From Nitrospirota bacterium (lineage in GTDB: Bacteria; Nitrospirota; UBA9217), in contig CAVVUN010000009.1 of the NCBI GenBank assembly GCA_963751455.1, positions 1 through 64,000 of the forward strand: 64,000 bases of DNA, in the 5' to 3' direction. The position numbers and the translations under genes are program-made. Of this stretch, positions 11,203 through 21,015 are shown piece after piece (the first letter of the stretch is position 1; the number at the start of each line of letters is the position of its first letter). The notes beneath the pieces are model-generated. The model worked only from the letters and a program-made list of their open reading frames with translations, did no database searches and was not told the DNA's origin.

Positions 11203-12152
11203 TTGACTATCCATCCACTCCTCATAGAGATCCTGCAGATCGCGGTCCTGCTCTTCGTCGCCCCGCTGTTTGCCGGCTGGGTCAAGATGGTAAAGTGCTG
11301 GTTCCAGGGCCGGACGTCGCCGAGCCTTTTCCAGCCCTACCGCGACATCCGGAAGCTCTTCTCCAAGGATGTGACGCTCGCGGAGAACGCCTCCTGGATA
11401 TTCCGCTTCACGCCCTATCTGGTATTCGGCGTTTCGGTCCTGGCGGGCGGCATCATCCCGATCCTTTCCACGGACCTGCCGCTGTCGGCCACAGCCGACG
11501 TCATCGCCCTGGTCGCGCTCTTTGCCATCGCCCGGTTCTTTACGGCCCTGGCCGGCATGGACATCGGAACCGCCTTCGGCGGCATGGGGTCGAGCCGGGA
11601 AATGACGATCGCCTCTCTTGCCGAGCCGGCCATGCTCATGGCGGTATTCGCCGTTTCCCTCGTGAGCAAGTCCACGTCGCTGTCGCAGATGGCGTTCGTC
11701 ATATCCCAGGGCCACTCGCTGCTCCGGCCGTCGCTGGTCTTCGCGCTCCTTGCGTTCGTGCTGATCGCGCTGGCCGAGACCGGCAGGGTGCCCGGTGGAC
11801 AATCCGGCGACCCACCTGGAACTGACGATGATCCACGAGGCCATGATCCTCGAATATTCCGGCCGGCACCTGGCGCTCATCGAATGGGCCGAGATGATGA
11901 AGCTCTTTCTCTTCGTCGGTCCTCGGCATCGCGTCCTTCTTCCCCTGGGGGATTGCGCTGAGCGGGCGACCTGGCGGACGTGCTTGATCGCGTTTCCGGT
12001 CCTGCTGTTCAAGCTCGGCGGTCGTCGGCGTCGGCCTGGTGCTGATCGAGACCGGTCTGGCAAAGATGAGGATATTCCGCATAACCGAATTTCTGGGGAC
12101 CGCGTTCCTGTTCGCGACCCTCGGGATGCTGTCGTATTTCATGCTGGAGTGA
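11203..12152 (+). CDS. hyfC: HyfC/HycD (NuoH-like) membrane subunit (frameshifted)
   Basis: QPYRDIRKLFSK, FGGMGSSRE, AETGR.PVDNPATHLELTMIHEAMILEYSG. Confidence 0.9.
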
Positions 12153-12163
12153 TAGACAAATTT

Positions 12164-12245
12164 CCGACAGATTACGCAAATTGCAAGCTGATATCATAAT
12201 AGGTAATAATCAAGCGTTATATTCGAATCTGTGAAATCTGTTCGG
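12164..12245. repeat. CAGATT/AATCTG 9-mer palindromic insert at the hyfC/hyfE junction
   Basis: CCGACAGATTACGCAAATT ... AATCTGTGAAATCTGTTCGG. Confidence 0.65.
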
Positions 12246-12283
12246 AGTTTAGATATCGTGCCTGAGCAGTGTAGAGGTTTGAC

Positions 12284-12949
12284 ATGAACATTCAGCTTGC
12301 AGCACAAATCAACAGTCTTCTGGCGTCGCTGATCCTGCTGACCGCCTTTGGCCTGCTGGTGCAGCGCAGGATGAACGCGCTTCTGCACCTGTTCGCCTGG
12401 CAGGGCTTTCTGCTTGCGGTCAGCACCGCCATCGTCGGGTACCTGGGCGGGGCGCACGATCTCTACATCTCCTCGGTCCTGACGCTGGCGATCAAGGTCG
12501 TTCTGCTGCCGTATATTCTGCATAAACTGATCGTGAAACTGAAGATCCACAAGGAAGTGGAAACGGTCGTGAACATCCCGACGACCATGCTGATGGGCAT
12601 CGTCCTGGTGATCTTCTCCTATCATCTGACCGCGCCGATCCGGGAGCTTTCGACGCTCGTCACCCGGTCCACCCTGGCCGTGGCCCTTGCAACGGTCATG
12701 CTCGGGTTCCTGATGATGATCACCCGCAAGCACGCGGTCACCCAGATCATCGGGTTCCTCGCCATGGAGAACGGCCTGCTGTTCGCCGCAACCAGCGCGA
12801 CCTACGGCATGCCGCTGGTGGTCGAACTGGGCGTTGCCCTGGACCTGCTGATCGCGGCCTTCATCTTCGGCATGTTCTTCTTCCATATCAGTACGACCTT
12901 CGACAGCCTGGATGTGGACCAGATGGCGAGGTTGAAGGAAGAGGATTGA
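12284..12949 (+). CDS. hyfE: Hydrogenase-4 subunit E-like membrane protein
   Basis: Multi-TM protein with QIIGFLAMENG and GMPLVVELGVALD; expected operon position. Confidence 0.9.
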   Translation: MNIQLAAQINSLLASLILLTAFGLLVQRRMNALLHLFAWQGFLLAVSTAIVGYLGGAHDLYISSVLTLAIKVVLLPYILHKLIVKLKIHKEVETVVNIPTTMLMGIVLVIFSYHLTAPIRELSTLVTRSTLAVALATVMLGFLMMITRKHAVTQIIGFLAMENGLLFAATSATYGMPLVVELGVALDLLIAAFIFGMFFFHISTTFDSLDVDQMARLKEED

Positions 12950-12951
12950 TT

Positions 12952-13028
12952 GCAAAATGGCAAAATTCAAAATTCAAGAATCAATGCACTTCTTGACTTT
13001 GGAATCTTGAATCTTGCAATATTGCATT
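12952..13028. repeat. Heptamer palindromic insert at the hyfE/hyfF junction
   Basis: GCAAAAT/TCAAAAT/TCAAGAA ... TTGAATC/TTGCAAT/ATTGCAT. Confidence 0.7.
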
Positions 13029-13046
13029 CGAATCGTGAGGTTCGTC

Positions 13047-14497
13047 ATGTCTCTTCTGATTCTCCTGGTCGTTCCGCTCATCGCATCTCTGGCGCTGGCC
13101 TTCATCGGCGACCGGAAACTCGCGCCCGAGGTGAACATCCTCGGCTCGGCAGCCACTTTCGCCGCGAGTGTCGACCTGGCGCTCCAGGTCTACGAACAGG
13201 GCCCGATCCTGGCCGGGAACAACTTCTTCTTTGTCGACGCCTTCAGCGTCTATCTCACGGTCCTTACGTCCTTCGTCTCCATGACCACCGCCATCTTCAG
13301 CAGGCGCTACATGCGGCGGGAGCGGGAACACGGCACGATCGGGCACCGGAGGATGCGCTTCTACCATTCCATGTTCCAGCTCTTCATTTTCGCCATGCTG
13401 CTCTGCCTGCTGACGAACAACGTCGGCATTCTCTGGATCGCCATGGAGCTTGCCACCCTCTCCACGGTCCTGCTGGTCTCCCTGTACCGCACGCCGGCCG
13501 CCATCGAAGCAGCCTGGAAATATTTCATTCTCTGCGGCGTCGGCATCGCCCTTGCCCTGTTCGGCACCGTGCTGCTGTACTTCGCGGCGGAAAAAGTGCT
13601 GGGCGCGGGCGGGGCCGCGCTCCACTGGACGAACCTGGTCCAGGTGAGCAGATCAGCTGGAACCGACGATCCTGTCCCTGGCCTTCGTGTTTCTGATGGT
13701 GGGATACGGCACCAAGGTCGGCCTCGTTCCGATCCATAACTGGCTGCCCGACGCGCACAGCGAAGGCCCGACGCCGATCTCGGCCGTGCTCTCCGGCCTT
13801 CTGCTGAACATCGCGCTCTACGCGCTGGTCCGGTGCAAGGTGCTCGTCGACGGCTCCACCGGCACCCACCATTCCGGCGACATCATGATGGGCTTCGGCA
13901 TCATCTCGATCATCGTCGCTTCCTTTTCCCTGCTGCGGCAGAAGGACATCAAGCGCATGTTCGCCTATTCCTCCATCGAGCACATGGGCATCGCGACCTT
14001 TGCCTTCGGCCTGGGCGGTCCGGTCGCGACCTTCGGCGCCCTGCTGCACATGCTGGTCCACAGCCTGACCAAGTCGGCCATCTTCTTCACCGTGGGCCAT
14101 GCCTCGCAGATGCACCGGACCCAGGAGATGGACAGGATCAAGGGACTGATCCGGGGCAATCCGCTGGTCGGGTGGGGCATGGCGCTGGGCGTCATGGCGA
14201 TCGTCGGCATGCCTCCTTTCGGCGTTTTCACGAGCGAGTTCCTGATCCTTACCGCGACGATCAAGGACGCCCCGCTTCTGGCGCCCTTTCTGCTGCTGGG
14301 GCTTGCCGTTTCCTTTGCGGCGCTGTTCAGAAGGGTGCAGCCCATGGTGGCCGGAGAGGTTCCGCCGTACCAGAAGCGGATGAAGGCTGCCCATGTTCCC
14401 GGTGATCCTGCATATGGCGCTGGTCCTCGTGCTCGGCCTGTATATGCCGAAGTTTCTTTCGGGCTGGTTCCAGACGGCGGTGGAGCTGTTGAAGTAG
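13047..14497 (+). CDS. hyfF: Hydrogenase-4 subunit F-like antiporter subunit (frameshifted)
   Basis: WIAMELATL, EAAWKYFILC, GYGTKVGLVP.H.WLPDAHSEGP, KRMFAYSSIEHMG, PPFGVFTSEF. Confidence 0.9.
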
Positions 14498-14523
14498 AGC
14501 CGAGAGACGAAGGACGAAGATCT

Positions 14524-14618
14524 TTCCGCAGATTCCGCAGATTCCGCAGATTGCGCTGATTCAGAAGCCTGATAATCAGGTCCGTTGTCATCTGTGAAAT
14601 CCGTGTAATCTGCGGATA
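14524..14618. repeat. CCGCAGATT x3 palindromic insert at the hyfF/large-subunit junction
   Basis: (CCGCAGATT)3 ... ATCTGTGAAATCCGTGTAATCTGCGGATA. Confidence 0.8.
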
Positions 14619-14659
14619 AAAATCTTAACCTCTATATGATCAGACTGAAGAACCTCATA

Positions 14660-16216
14660 ATGAATCGTCATTCGGCCCGGACGCGAAAGAGGATGAACGC
14701 TCGCACCGTCGTCGGTCATGTCGCTCTCATCGTCCCCGAGCGAGCGGTTCGCCGAGGCGGCAAAGGCGCTCAAGAAGGAGTATGCCCTGCTGGCTGCCGA
14801 ATGGGCCACGGACGAGACCGCCTTCGGCAGGGGGTTCGGGATCTACGCCTGCTATCGGCGGGAGCAGGAATACCTCGTCGTCAAGACCGAAGTGCCGGCT
14901 GACGATCCGACCTTCCCGAGCCTGACGAAGAAATTCGTTCCTGCTTTCCGGTTCGAGCGCCAGATGCAAAGCCTGATGGGAGTCATACCGCACGGGTCAT
15001 CCCGATCCGCGGCCCTGGATCAAGCACGAGGACTGGCCCGCGGACGCCTGGCCGCTCAGGAAATCGTTCGACCCGTCACAAAAGCTGCCGCGGGTCCCGG
15101 GCGAATATCGCTGGATACGGGCCGAAGGCGAGGGGGTCTACGAAATCCCGGTCGGGCCGGTTCATGCGGGCATCATCGAGCCCGGCCATTTCCGCTTCCA
15201 GGCCATGGGAGAGGACGTCATCAATCTCGAAGAGAAGCTCGGGTACGTGCACAAGGGCATCGAAAAACGGTTCGAGTCGCTGTCCTGGCAGGAAGCTGCG
15301 CGGCTGGCGGCCCGCGTATCGGGCGATACCACCGTTGCCCACAGCCTGGCCTACTGCCAGGCTGTTGAAGCGCTGACCGGGTGCATTGTGCCCGACCGGG
15401 CCCATTGGCTGCGGGCGCTGTTCCTCGAGCGGGAGCGGATCGCGAACCATCTGGGCGACCTGGGCGCTATCTGCAATGACGTGGCTTTCGCGTTCCTCCT
15501 GTATCAGTTCCATCGCCTGAAGGAGATTGTGCTCCGCACCAACCTGCAAGCTCTTCGGCCATCGCTTCATGATGGACAGGGTCGTCGCCGGGAGGCGTCA
15601 CGATCGATATCACGGCGGAAGGCGTGCAGGAGATCTGCGCCGAGATGGAGCGGCTGGCAAAGGAGTTCGAGCGGCTGGTCCTCATCTATGACGAAAACTC
15701 ATCTGTTGAGGACCGGGTGAGGGACACCGGCATACTCTCGTTCCGAGAAGGCCCGCGACCTGGGCGTGGTCGGTTTTGTGGCGCGGGCAAGCGGCCTGAA
15801 CCTCGATTGCCGGATCCATCACCCGTTTCCGCCCTATGACCGGATCGAGGTCACCATCCCGATCCTTGTTACCGGGGATGTTCATTCCCGGGCCTGGGTC
15901 AGGGTCGAAGAGATCCGCGATTCGATCCGGATCATCCGGGAGATTCTCAAAACGCTCCCGAGCGGCAGGTTGACCTCTGGCTTCCAGAACGCCGATGCCG
16001 GACAGGTCCGGGTTCGCGGCAGTGGAGGGATGGCGGGGAGAGATCATTTACTGGGTGCAGTCCGGTCCGAAAGGGGAGATCAACCGGTGCATGGTCAGGG
16101 ACCCGTCGAGCGTGAACTGGCTGGCGCTGGAGCAGTGCATCCACGGGAACATCGTTCCCGATTTCCCGGTGTGCAACAAGAGCTTCAACCAGTCGTATTC
16201 GGGAAATGATTTGTAA
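14660..16216 (+). CDS. Ehr large subunit (HyfG/HycE, NuoCD-like) lacking NiFe cysteines (frameshifted)
   Basis: GPVHAGIIEPGHFRF, GYVHKGIEK, RVSGDTTVAH (instead of RxCGxC), ERIANHLGD, EGWRGE. C-terminus DFPVCNKSFNQSYSGNDL replaces DPCxxC. Confidence 0.88.
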
Positions 16217-16568
16217 AAGCGGTTTAACAGATGAACACAGATGAAAACCAGATGCACGGAAAAAAGTGCATAGAAAATAAAGATTTCTTTTGATACAATT
16301 CAGGAAATGATTTGTAAAGAATACTACAACTAACCGGGGTTTTTTTGTCCGCAGATTTCATAGATTAAAACCAAAATTCGAATCTATAGTTTTAAATCTG
16401 CGGTCATCTGCGCAATCTGCGGATAGATCAGTTTGTTTAGATTTCGATCATAATGGGAAAATGATTTATGAAGACTATCGGCAACTACTCAGGACTTTAT
16501 TGCCGTAACCGGAATTAGAATTTATAGTTTTAAATCTGCGTCCATCTGCGTAATCTGCGGATAGATGA
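16197..16568. repeat. Cluster of duplicated gene 3' end plus 9-mer palindromic repeats
   Basis: ATTC(G/A)GGAAATGATTTGTAAA at 16197 and 16298. ~48-bp direct repeat TATAGTTTTAAATCTGCG..ATCTGCG.AATCTGCGGATAGAT near 16385 and 16523. Confidence 0.8.
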
Positions 16569-16583
16569 TTAAATGAGCGATAT

Positions 16584-17093
16584 ATGATCAGAATCCTTAA
16601 ACAGATTTTCCGCACGGGCATCAAGACCGAGCCGTTGCCTCCTGTCATTGACCCGGAAATTGAAAAGATCGGATCGCGCCTGGAAGAGGTCATCAAGCAG
16701 CGGTTCAGACGCAGCCTGACGATCCGGCAGGTGGATGCGGGTTCATGCAACGGCTGCGAGCTGGAGATCCATGCCGTCAATAATGTTGTATACAACTGCG
16801 AGCGCTTCGGCATTCATTTTACCGCCTCCCCCAGGTTTGCCGACCTTCTGCTCGTGACAGGGCCGGTGTCTCATAACATGGAGATCGCGCTCAGGCGCAC
16901 CTATAAGGCCACTCCTTCCCCGAAACTGGTCATTGCTGTCGGAGATTGCGGCTGCAACGGCGGCATATTCGGCGAAAGCTATGCCTCACTGGGCGGCATC
17001 GACAAGGTCGTGCCCGTGGATGCCTGCATACCCGGCTGCCCGCCAAGTCCCGCTGCCCTGCTTCAAGGAATTCTCAAGGCGATAGAAGCTTAA
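16584..17093 (+). CDS. Ehr small subunit (HyfI/HycG, NuoB-like Fe-S)
   Basis: GSCNGCELE, SPRFAD.LLVTGP, VGDCG, PGCPP. Confidence 0.92.
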   Translation: MIRILKQIFRTGIKTEPLPPVIDPEIEKIGSRLEEVIKQRFRRSLTIRQVDAGSCNGCELEIHAVNNVVYNCERFGIHFTASPRFADLLLVTGPVSHNMEIALRRTYKATPSPKLVIAVGDCGCNGGIFGESYASLGGIDKVVPVDACIPGCPPSPAALLQGILKAIEA

Positions 17094-17269
17094 GATTTTG
17101 TCTCACAGAATCAAGCATCGGAAAATGCCTGTGAACCCTCATCTCCGTCATTGCTAGTAAAAATAAGTGCAATAAACTGTAAGCTCACTGTTGTTTTCGT
17201 ATTAAAATACAGAAATATTTGATATAATCAAATTACTGCTCGAAACACAATCCATAAGGGGGGTGTGTC

Positions 17270-17599
17270 ATGAAAAAAGCGTTAGGCTGGAGCTGTGCAT
17301 TCGTACTGGCAACATGCTTGGCTGTACCCGGCAGTTCCGTTGCGGAAAAAATAGGCGGCGGCGATCTCACATTCACTCCGAAAGGCGCAAAACCGGTAAT
17401 CTTCAGTCATGAAGTTCATGTGAACAGCAAAGGCTTAAAATGCAGTGGTTGTCATTATCATGTGTTTCAAATGACCAAGGGTTCGTACAAGATGGACATG
17501 AGCAAGATCACGAAAGGCGATTTCTGCGGCAAATGCCATAACGGGATCAAATCATTCGACGTGAAGGAAAACAATAACTGCCTTAAATGTCACAAATAA
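17270..17599 (+). CDS. Periplasmic triheme c7/c3-family cytochrome
   Basis: Signal peptide; FSHEVH; three CxxCH motifs (CSGCH, CGKCH, CLKCH). Confidence 0.9.
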   Translation: MKKALGWSCAFVLATCLAVPGSSVAEKIGGGDLTFTPKGAKPVIFSHEVHVNSKGLKCSGCHYHVFQMTKGSYKMDMSKITKGDFCGKCHNGIKSFDVKENNNCLKCHK

Positions 17600-17635
17600 A
17601 AAGAACCTACCTGTTGCAACGGAGCGGGTGCATCT

Positions 17636-18478
17636 GTGAACGACACCATAACGACCGCTTGGGCGGTATATAAGCTTTCGGCTTTATCGCTTATCCTGCT
17701 ATTTACGTTCAGCTGTTATTTGCCGTCGAAGATCAAGGTGCCGATAGACACCGTCTATTACCAGGCGCCGGACGCACGGAACGAACAACTGTTCGTATTC
17801 CTTCCAGGAAACGGTGAAGACCTTTCTACATTCGAACGGCATGGCCTGATCCAGGCGGTCAAACAAAGAGGCCTGCCGATCGACATGGTCACCGTAGATG
17901 CTTACCTCAGCTATTACATGAACGGGAGCATTATAACGCGTCTGAAGAATGATGTTATCGAACCGGCCAAGGCCAGGGGATATACGAAAATATGGCTGAT
18001 CGGCAATTCTCTCGGCGGATTCGGCTCTTTAATGTATGTGCGTAATTATCCCCACGACATCGCGGGCGTTGTTCTGCTGGGTCCCTTCCTCGGAGAAAAA
18101 AAGACCGTGAATCAAATCGAAGCGGCAGGGGGCCTGCAGAAGTGGGATCCCGGCATCGTACCGGTCAATTCGGAAGAAGGTTGGGAAAAGCAGCTGTGGC
18201 GCTGGCTTAAAGACCGCCAGCAGCAGAGGGATTTCTGGCATTGGGTTAAAGATTGCGAAGAGGCCGGGGGGTGCTTTCCCGAAATATATCTCGGATACGG
18301 AACGCGCGACCGGTATTCCTACGGGCAAAAACTCCTGGCCGGGATCCTGCCCGCCGAACATGTCGCAGTAGTGGACGGGGGACACAACTGGCAGGCCTGG
18401 ACACAATTATGGGAGATATTCCTGGACGCCATTTCATCTAATAAACAATCCGTTACCCTGGAGGCGGGTATCCGTTAA
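17636..18478 (+). CDS. Alpha/beta hydrolase, probable lipoprotein
   Basis: FLPG, nucleophile elbow GNSLGG, GGHNW; lipobox-like FTFS-C. Confidence 0.8.
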   Translation: MNDTITTAWAVYKLSALSLILLFTFSCYLPSKIKVPIDTVYYQAPDARNEQLFVFLPGNGEDLSTFERHGLIQAVKQRGLPIDMVTVDAYLSYYMNGSIITRLKNDVIEPAKARGYTKIWLIGNSLGGFGSLMYVRNYPHDIAGVVLLGPFLGEKKTVNQIEAAGGLQKWDPGIVPVNSEEGWEKQLWRWLKDRQQQRDFWHWVKDCEEAGGCFPEIYLGYGTRDRYSYGQKLLAGILPAEHVAVVDGGHNWQAWTQLWEIFLDAISSNKQSVTLEAGIR

Positions 18479-18647
18479 TACCTGTCTTTATTTTCGATTG
18501 CCATTCCGTCTCTTGACCTTAATCTGTTTTTGCAGTAAACTCCCTGATAAAATCTCGCTCCTTTCTTGCAGACGCTTTCCGCGATTACCTGCGTCAAGGT
18601 TGCGTGCTGCCGAAGCGTGAAGAACTCAGGAAGGGGAAAAAATACTC

Positions 18648-19157
18648 ATGCTTAAAAAACTCGGCGCCTTGTGGGGGCTGATTGGTGTGTCATTCTTACT
18701 GGCAAGCGCCATTTACCGGCTGACGCCGGTTGCACTCGACGCTTTTTTCTTGACGCTGACATGGTATCACTGGGCTTTCCTGGCATGCGTGCTGGTGTTC
18801 ATGGCATATGCCGAAGGATACCGCGCTTTTCAGAAAGGTTTTTCGCCGAGGGTTGCCGCCAGAGCACGGTATCTGCGAACTCATAAAAATGTCATTCATA
18901 TTATTCTTGCCCCGCTGTTTTGCATGGGCTATTTTCATACGACCAGGAGGAGACAGATAGCTTCCCTTTCCGTAACCACCGGCATCATTATCCTGATTAT
19001 TCTGGTGCGGCTTCTTCCCCAGCCGTGGCGCGGTATCGTGGATGGGGGTGTTGTAGTCGGTCTCGCGTGGGGCCTCATATCACTGGCCGTGTTCGGTTTT
19101 CAGGCCTTTACGGGTGAGCGGTTCCGCCACTCACCGGAAGTGCCGGAATGCCCGTAA
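18648..19157 (+). CDS. Conserved-looking multi-TM hypothetical membrane protein
   Basis: Hydrophobic helices; FMAYAEGYRAFQKGFSPRV and QPWRGIVDGGVV motifs; RBS upstream. Confidence 0.75.
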   Translation: MLKKLGALWGLIGVSFLLASAIYRLTPVALDAFFLTLTWYHWAFLACVLVFMAYAEGYRAFQKGFSPRVAARARYLRTHKNVIHIILAPLFCMGYFHTTRRRQIASLSVTTGIIILIILVRLLPQPWRGIVDGGVVVGLAWGLISLAVFGFQAFTGERFRHSPEVPECP

Positions 19158-19289
19158 TGCATGGACTGAATTCTTCTAATTGAGAAGACAGCTTTGGCAC
19201 AGATTAATACACCCTGCATTCGCGCTGCACACTGCTTAGACTCATTGTCGCCATCTCGATAAGAAACGTTAACCCATAGCTGCATTGTA

Positions 19290-19484
19290 CTAGTGTAGAG
19301 TCTCTTAAATAGATGGTGTTATAAGATGGAGCGACAAATCGTCCTTATCTCGTCATTCCGGCTTGTCCGGAATCTTTCCACCCATTCAGAAGGATTCCCG
19401 ACGCGCTTCGCTTGCGGGAATGACCGTCTTGGGAAAGTGACTATGGCCGCAATAACACCATTCGTTTGTGAGACACTACACTAG
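19290..19484. mobile_element. MITE-like element with long imperfect TIRs and an inner GTCATTCC...GGAATGAC REP-like unit
   Basis: CTAGTGTAGAGTCTC..ATGGTGTTAT ... ATAACACCAT..GAGACACTACACTAG; inner GTCATTCCGGC...GCGGGAATGAC. Confidence 0.78.
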
Positions 19485-19575
19485 CCTTCCGCCGAAATAT
19501 GCGAAAGGGGAATCAATGACGAGACGGGAATCAAGGACATCAGTGACTAAAAATACTGCAGGGAGCCGAAATTAA

Positions 19576-20592
19576 ATGATATCCGGAAGACTGGTTGTTT
19601 TTCTTTTTGGCGAGACCTCTGTAAATCTCGAGACTTCCAAGGTAGTCGAGATAAAGGCCCTTAAAAGCGCGCCGAGCTACCCGGATGTCATACCGAAACA
19701 GAAGGTTATCAAAGTCGAAACTCGCGCGGTAGACGGCGCCGGCGTTGAGTTTCTCGTGAAGGCCTACCTGCCGGACGTTGTCGTCGTTGAAGCTTCGGTG
19801 GATATGACGGACATTCTTTCCGATACAACGCTGGACTTCAAACGTTCGCTTATCAACCAGTGCAGAAAAGTCCTGGGCGAGTTCGGCTGCGACCCGCAGT
19901 TCGACGAGGAATACAGCGTATATTGCATATCGAGCTACAGCGGCGACCCGGAAGAGTGTCTTTCCCGGCATGGGGACAAGATCGCCGCCTTTCTCAAGAA
20001 CGAAAAAATATCGCTCGACGAAGAACAAGTAAAGGCGACTCTATCGACATACCTGAAATACGGGAAAGATGACATCACGATCGTCGACTGGGACGGCGCC
20101 TTTATCTTCGATTCCTCGGGCGACTTTGACAGCAATATCGAGCTGTTCGAAATTGCAAATCTCCAGCTTTTAAAATATCGTATCCTCGATTTTGATCTCG
20201 ACGACCGCCTCGAAAAAACCCTGAAGTTGATGGGCGTGTCAAAGCGGCTGCCGGTTATCCGGTCCGGCGAGGTGAGGCGTGTACTGAGGGAGATCATAGA
20301 GATCAGGACGCAGTCCATTCTTGAATCCGAAGCAGTGGAGCGGAACATCAAACTGATCGGGGACTGGTACTCGGCGAAGCTGTATTCGCTGGTCTCGAGG
20401 AAATTTCATCTTGACAGCTGGAAGGCCGAGATCAAGGAAAAACTGGACACCCTCGAGGATATTTATACCATGGCAACCGAAAATTTCAGCGTATCCTACA
20501 GGGCAACCCTGGAATTTGTAATTCTCGGCGGCTGGCTGCTCCTGCTCCTGCTGTACATCGGAGAGTTTTTCCTGCTGCAGTGGAATAAATAG
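19576..20592 (+). CDS. Hypothetical protein with C-terminal TM helix (RMD1/DUF155-like helical region)
   Basis: Long ORF; LFEIANLQLL, IKLIGDWYSAKLY, W...I..KL..L..IY and a terminal TM helix. Confidence 0.7.
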   Translation: MISGRLVVFLFGETSVNLETSKVVEIKALKSAPSYPDVIPKQKVIKVETRAVDGAGVEFLVKAYLPDVVVVEASVDMTDILSDTTLDFKRSLINQCRKVLGEFGCDPQFDEEYSVYCISSYSGDPEECLSRHGDKIAAFLKNEKISLDEEQVKATLSTYLKYGKDDITIVDWDGAFIFDSSGDFDSNIELFEIANLQLLKYRILDFDLDDRLEKTLKLMGVSKRLPVIRSGEVRRVLREIIEIRTQSILESEAVERNIKLIGDWYSAKLYSLVSRKFHLDSWKAEIKEKLDTLEDIYTMATENFSVSYRATLEFVILGGWLLLLLLYIGEFFLLQWNK

Positions 20593-21015
20593 AACGGCCC
20601 GGAAGAGTTCTCGATCTATGCCATCCTTCAATGTGACAGTGCACTTCTTTCTATTAGCCGCAAAAAATAGCCAAGAGTCGCAATTACAACCTTTCTGCGC
20701 TATATACAATACAAACCTGCTCTTGACTGTGCCCGCATTCGTTAATCACTACTTTCATTGATACCTTTTTGCGCATTTTTGCGTCTAATTTTTTCCGTTT
20801 TCAACATGCGGCAAATCGCAAATTTGTACCGTTTCTAATCTCGCTCTTTTAATACTTATGTACGTTGACTCCCTATCAGCTGCGAGGTACGATTTATTTA
20901 TATTTAACCGTTAGACTAAACTTTCAGCAGCAAAGTGTAAAGCTTCTTGCCATGTCCGTTTGATGCCAGGCATACAGTAAAAACGTGGCAGGGACCCGGT
21001 AAACAAGGAGGTACA

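Noticed and set aside
14660-16216. Active NiFe hydrogenase (formate hydrogenlyase) call
   Set aside because: Both Ni-binding CxxC motifs are missing.
14524-16568. Periodic repeats as a CRISPR array
   Set aside because: Units are 7-9 bp tandem and palindromic with no regular unique spacers; no cas genes.
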